NCBI GenBank assembly: GCA_963804995.1
Contig: CAWDSK010000006.1
Location: 160,001-224,000, forward strand
From: an uncultured Acidobacteriota bacterium
GTDB taxonomy: Bacteria > Acidobacteriota > Terriglobia > UBA7540
Length of the DNA: 64,000 nt
Direction of reading: 5' to 3'
This document shows positions 59,743-64,000 of this stretch, in pieces (the stretch's first letter is position 1; each line of letters begins with the position of its first letter). Made by a program: the position numbers and the translations under genes. The notes under the pieces were generated by a model. That model did no database searches, had not been told where the DNA came from, and saw only the letters and a list, made by a program, of their open reading frames with translations.

Positions 59743-59765
59743 CGCTTTGTCGCCTTGTGTTTTCC

Positions 59766-59932
59766 GATGCGGGGGAAGGGTTATTCCGAGAGCCTGCGGG
59801 GACCATGGGGCACCTGGAAACAATGCGGCTGGACGTTCCAGGCACTGACCGTAACGTCTTCACCCCCACCCAGTGCGGAGCTCCTGCTTTGTGAGGGGGC
59901 ATGAGGCAGAAGGCAACTCCTCCTTCCCTATC
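59766..59932 (-). ncRNA. Candidate structured RNA, possibly an orphan IS110-type non-coding end
   Basis: Nested helices GGGAAGG/CCTTCCC, GCCT/AGGC, CATG/CATG enclosing GCACTG/CAGTGC and CCTGGAA/TTCCAGG. Confidence 0.4.
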
Positions 59933-59971
59933 TTTTTTCGCCACCTCACGCGACAAGTAAATCCTAGCGGA

Positions 59972-61000
59972 TCACGCCTGCTTAATCAGTGCCCGCATAT
60001 ATTCCGCCGCGAGTTCGGCATTGTGTTCGGCACGTTCGATGCCGGGAACTTGTCCGTTCACGACGGGCGGCTCCGAGCACATCTCATAGTTCATGTAACC
60101 CTTGTAACCGATTTCCTTCATCGCGGCGACGAACTCCGGGAAGAGAGGCTCGCTGGCCTTGATTTTTCCATCCCTGTCGCGTTCGAACACACCTCCAAAG
60201 TGGCAAATCGTTTGCAACGAGCCGACTTCTCTTGCGGATTGGCGGATATATTCGGGAGTCTTATCGTGCACACCCCAGGGATCAAACGACACCTTGAGGG
60301 CGGGCGAATTCACTTCCCTGACCATGCGCAGAACGTCTTGGGTGTCCTTGTAGACCGGCGCATGGTTTTGCAGCGCCAGCGTGACCCCGGCATCAGAGGC
60401 GAAGCGCGATACCTCCCTGAGGCCCTCGCGGCACCACGCCCAGGTCTCTTCTTCTTCGATATCTTGATGCGCGTAATGCCAGATTCTCTTCGCGGTTTCG
60501 TATTCAGCGACCTGCGGATGTCTGACCACGCCCGGCCAGGCGAAGAACACGCGCACTTTCGCGGCGCCCAAATCCGAGGCTACTTGAATCAGGTGCCGCA
60601 CGTAGCACACCTGGCTTTCGCGATGCTCAGGGATGGGGCTTGAGAAATCGTTGTTGGCAGCGACGCCGACGATTTCGATGCCTTCTCCGTCCGCGATCCG
60701 GCGCAACTCGCGGCAGCGCCTCGTGGGCATATCGAGCGGGTTGGCGTGGGGCCGCTTACCGTCAAATTCGACCCCGTCATAACCGTACTTTTTTGCGCGA
60801 TTGATAACGTCTTCCATCGGCAGCCCTTGGCCGCGATACCAGATCCCCAAATAAGTGATGCTATAAAGGCCGACTTTCATTCCGGAGTTTCTTTTCTCTT
60901 CCCGAGGCTTCGGAGACCCGAATGCGCCAGGCTGGAACACGGCAGCCGACGCCGCGAGCGCCCCCACGAATTCCCGACGGTTGATGGCGGGTTTCTTCAT
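59972..61000 (-). CDS. Tat-exported sugar phosphate isomerase/epimerase (xylose isomerase-like TIM barrel)
   Basis: INRREFVG; GYDGVEF, LALQNH, IGYKGYMNYE. Confidence 0.88.
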   Translation of the reverse strand: MKKPAINRREFVGALAASAAVFQPGAFGSPKPREEKRNSGMKVGLYSITYLGIWYRGQGLPMEDVINRAKKYGYDGVEFDGKRPHANPLDMPTRRCRELRRIADGEGIEIVGVAANNDFSSPIPEHRESQVCYVRHLIQVASDLGAAKVRVFFAWPGVVRHPQVAEYETAKRIWHYAHQDIEEEETWAWCREGLREVSRFASDAGVTLALQNHAPVYKDTQDVLRMVREVNSPALKVSFDPWGVHDKTPEYIRQSAREVGSLQTICHFGGVFERDRDGKIKASEPLFPEFVAAMKEIGYKGYMNYEMCSEPPVVNGQVPGIERAEHNAELAAEYMRALIKQA

Positions 61001-61103
61001 GCTATCCCCCTGATCCTTCGTTTCTCATGCGAATCGTATGCCTCCACCGTTGAGGTGTCAACCTCCGACGATGGGCGCTTGGTTCGCGATCTTCATTTAA
61101 AAG

Positions 61104-61260
61104 AGTCCGAGGTCCGAAGTACGAAGTCGGAAACGCAGGGATGAGCGGTAAGTGACGAGTGGCGAGTGACGGAAGAACCGGGGTACGGGACACGGGATTC
61201 GGGATACGGGAGCAAATCCAGGGCTCGGAAAGTGCAGTGACGAGTGGCGAGTGAGTGGCG
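61104..61260 (+). repeat. Mixed heptamer tandem repeats
   Basis: GTCCGAR, AGTGRCG and GGGATAC-type runs. Confidence 0.6.
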
Positions 61261-61632
61261 CAGGGCGAGCATGGCCCTGCGATTCTAGTGCGATCAGATG
61301 ACGTGAACCGCAGAGCTGGGCTCGCTCTGCGCCAGCCTGCCGCTTTCCTTCCTCCGCAATTTGCACATTTGCCGTATGAACCCAAGGCGGAAGGCGGTAG
61401 CTGCTGCTACCGCAATCCAAGGCCGCCGGCGTCTCCCCCTGTCGGATGTGGCAATTTCCGTTCCGGGTTGTTTCATTCCCTATCCTTGAAAACGCTCCGC
61501 AGTGATATAATGCGGGACTTCGATAAGCAGATCAGGTTCAGGTTTTGGAGACAACCAAACTCAGGCGTCAGGCTGATGCCAGCCGATGGCGCCCGGCATT
61601 CAGCTTTCATCCAGCGATTAGAGGAGCAGAAC

Positions 61633-62277
61633 ATGAGCGGGAAAAAAAGAAAGTTGCCGGCACTCCCTAAAGAAGGATTTTCGCGGCGAGACTTTCTGAA
61701 AGGCACCGGCATGGCGGTTTCCACCGGACTGCTGGGCGCGCCGGGGGCCGGGGCTGATACGAAGGACACCGCGGTGAGCGTCATGGGCCCCGGGGCGGTT
61801 CCGATTACCTTACAGATCAACGGCAAGCCGCACAGCCTGAAGGTTGAGCCCCGAGTGACGCTGCTCAACGCTCTGCGCAACCGGCTGGACCTGACGGGCG
61901 CAAAGAAAGTTTGCGACCGCGGTGTTTGCGGCGCCTGCACGGTCATCATGGACGGACGGCCGGTGTATGCGTGCAACGTGCTGGCCGTCGAGGCCGCAGG
62001 CCACAGCATCACGACCGTCGAAGGTCTTTCCACGGGGGACAAGCTCCACCCCGTAATGACAGCCTTCGTCAATCACGATGCCCAACAGTGCGGATTCTGC
62101 ACGCCGGGCTTTGTGGTGGCTACGAAGGCGTTCCTGGACAAGCACCCCCATCCGACCATGCACGATGTGGAGCGAGGACTGGGTGGCAATCTCTGCCGCT
62201 GCGGTACGTATGTGGGAATTCGCGAAGCTGTCCTCGAGGCAGCCCAAACAGTGAAGGGAGGACACAGCAATGGCTAA
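61633..62277 (+). CDS. 2Fe-2S subunit of an XDH-family molybdoenzyme with Tat signal (PaoA/CoxS-like)
   Basis: FSRRDFLKG; CDRGVCGAC, QCGFCTPG, NLCRCG; GAGGAG SD. Confidence 0.95.
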   Translation: MSGKKRKLPALPKEGFSRRDFLKGTGMAVSTGLLGAPGAGADTKDTAVSVMGPGAVPITLQINGKPHSLKVEPRVTLLNALRNRLDLTGAKKVCDRGVCGACTVIMDGRPVYACNVLAVEAAGHSITTVEGLSTGDKLHPVMTAFVNHDAQQCGFCTPGFVVATKAFLDKHPHPTMHDVERGLGGNLCRCGTYVGIREAVLEAAQTVKGGHSNG

Positions 62278-64000
62278 GTGTAAATATGATTGGCCCGAGG
62301 CCAACGAACGCAAACTCATCGGGCAGCGCATCAAGCGCATCGACGGGCCCGCCAAGACGAGTGGCCGCGCCAAGTACACCTACGACATCAACCCTCCCGG
62401 GCTCCTGGTTGCCAAGATCTATCGCTCCCCTTATGCCCACGCCAAGATTACCGCGGTCGACACCTCCGAGGCTGAGAAGTTGCCCGGAGTGAAAGCGGTG
62501 CGCGTGATTCAAGGCGTCGGAAAAGAGATTCAGTGGGTCGGCGATGAAATCGTGGCCATCGCGGCCGTGAGCGAGGACATCGCCGAGGACGCCGTCCGCA
62601 AGGTCAAGGTGGAATTTGAGCAACTTCCCCACTTCGTCCTGGAAGAGGACCTGGAACAGGCGACCGAACATGCCAAAGAGGCGGGCGGTGAAAAGGCGGG
62701 AGACCCGGACAAGGCCTTTAGCGATCCCGACGTGGTGATTTCTGAGGGCTATTACGGAATCGCCGCCATCACTCACTGTTGCCTGGAATCGCATGGAAAC
62801 ATCGCGCAGTGGAACGGCGAGAACCTGCTCACTTATGCTTCCACCCAAGGCGTTTCCGGTGGGCCGGGGCAGTTCGGGCAGGCGCTGCGGGAGCAAGGCA
62901 TCAACGTGCCGGACAGCAACATCGAAACCATCTGCAATTACGTGGGCGGAGGATTCGGCAGCAAGTTTTCTCCGGACCGCTGGGGTATCGAAGTAGCGAA
63001 GCTCGCGAAGACGGCCGGCGCACCCGTGAAGCTGATGCTCGACCGTGACATGGAACTGGAAGTGGCTGGGGCGCGGCCCTCTGCCTATGCCAAGGTCAAG
63101 GTGGCGGCGAAAAAAGATGGGACCATCGTGGCGTGGGATTCGCACTCCTGGGGCACGGGCGGACCGGCCGGCACCTCAATGCCACCGCTTCCCTACGTTC
63201 TGAACATTCCCAACAAAGTCACGCGTCACTCCTCCATCAGCACCAACACCGGCCCAGCCCGCGCCTGGCGAGCGCCCAATCACCCCCAGGCCGCCGTGCT
63301 GACCATGTGCGCGCTCGACGACCTGGCCGCCAAGCTCAACATGGACGCATTGGAATTCTTCTCGAAGAATGCGGACCTCGCCGGCGACCGCGGCGAAGTC
63401 TACCGGCAGGAATTGCAGAAAGCCGCGGAACTGGTCGACTGGAAGAAAAACTGGCATCCGCGCGGCGACAAGACGGCGGGCGCCATCAAGCGCGGCATGG
63501 GTATCAGCATGCACACCTGGGGCGGCCGCGGCCACAACAGTAACTGCAATGTGATTATCCACCCTGACGGTTCCGTGGAGACGGTCTTGGGAAGTCAGGA
63601 TCTGGGGACCGGCACCCGCACCGTCATCGCCATCGTGGCGGCGGAGACTTTGGGGCTTCCGGTTGAAGCCATCCAAGTCAAGATCGGCGATAGCAAATAC
63701 CCTGCGGACGGCGCTTCGGGCGGCAGCACGACAGTGGGCGGCGTTTCAGCCTCCACGCGTCGCGCCTCCGTCGATGCCCGGGATCAGCTTTTCGCCCTGG
63801 TCGCTCCCGTTCTGGGAGTGCCCGCCGATCAACTGGAGGCTGTGAATGGCCAAATCCAGGCGCGGGGCGACGCTATGAAGAAAATGACCTGGAAACAAGC
63901 CTGCGCCAAGTTGCAAGTGAAGACCATCGAGACTCTGGGCAAGAATCCCGGCCAGTGCAACCTGGGGTCGAACGGCGTGGGCGGAGTACAGATTGCCGAT
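62270..64000 (+). CDS. XDH-family molybdopterin-binding subunit (runs off window)
   Basis: RIDGPAKTSGRAKY, GGGFGSK, AWRAP, QDLGTG, SGGS; overlaps upstream stop. Confidence 0.93.
   Translation, partial: MAKCKYDWPEANERKLIGQRIKRIDGPAKTSGRAKYTYDINPPGLLVAKIYRSPYAHAKITAVDTSEAEKLPGVKAVRVIQGVGKEIQWVGDEIVAIAAVSEDIAEDAVRKVKVEFEQLPHFVLEEDLEQATEHAKEAGGEKAGDPDKAFSDPDVVISEGYYGIAAITHCCLESHGNIAQWNGENLLTYASTQGVSGGPGQFGQALREQGINVPDSNIETICNYVGGGFGSKFSPDRWGIEVAKLAKTAGAPVKLMLDRDMELEVAGARPSAYAKVKVAAKKDGTIVAWDSHSWGTGGPAGTSMPPLPYVLNIPNKVTRHSSISTNTGPARAWRAPNHPQAAVLTMCALDDLAAKLNMDALEFFSKNADLAGDRGEVYRQELQKAAELVDWKKNWHPRGDKTAGAIKRGMGISMHTWGGRGHNSNCNVIIHPDGSVETVLGSQDLGTGTRTVIAIVAAETLGLPVEAIQVKIGDSKYPADGASGGSTTVGGVSASTRRASVDARDQLFALVAPVLGVPADQLEAVNGQIQARGDAMKKMTWKQACAKLQVKTIETLGKNPGQCNLGSNGVGGVQIAD

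Noticed and set aside
61255..61632. N-terminal extension of the 2Fe-2S subunit in the ORF track
   Set aside because: SD and Tat signal place the start at 61633

Overview
GC-rich bacterial window, most consistent with Acidobacteriota (Terriglobia-like Oar-type TonB receptor, sulfatase-TPR protein, membrane-anchored regulator, dense REP/heptamer repeats); the taxon is an inference. 1-16.2 kb is an expanded Kdp potassium-uptake locus (USP-like gene, two micropeptides including kdpF, kdpABC, an outer-membrane beta-barrel, a second internally deleted kdpA, two kinase-less KdpD-N/USP proteins). Embedded in it is a REP/RAYT module in which two small genes sit as cassette-like units bounded by GTGGCTACC...GGTAGCCAC, and a group II intron has homed into one REP arm (EBS1/IBS1 pairing visible). 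16.5-27.6 kb carries a stand-alone, divergent acetyl-CoA synthase (AcsB) homolog beside an MFS, sulfatase, enolase-superfamily enzyme, MetE-like protein and GH78 rhamnosidase. The rest holds a DedA-rhodanese with a probable Sec codon, housekeeping genes, tRNA-Arg(UCG), a PUL-like cluster (39.4-52.8 kb), a chrA/methyltransferase patch and the start of a Tat-exported XDH-family molybdoenzyme operon. Several transposase-less IS-end pairs wrap either REPs or a small gene. Several 1-nt frameshifts between 16.9 and 29.6 kb may be sequencing errors. All calls are from motif recognition by eye; no searches were run.
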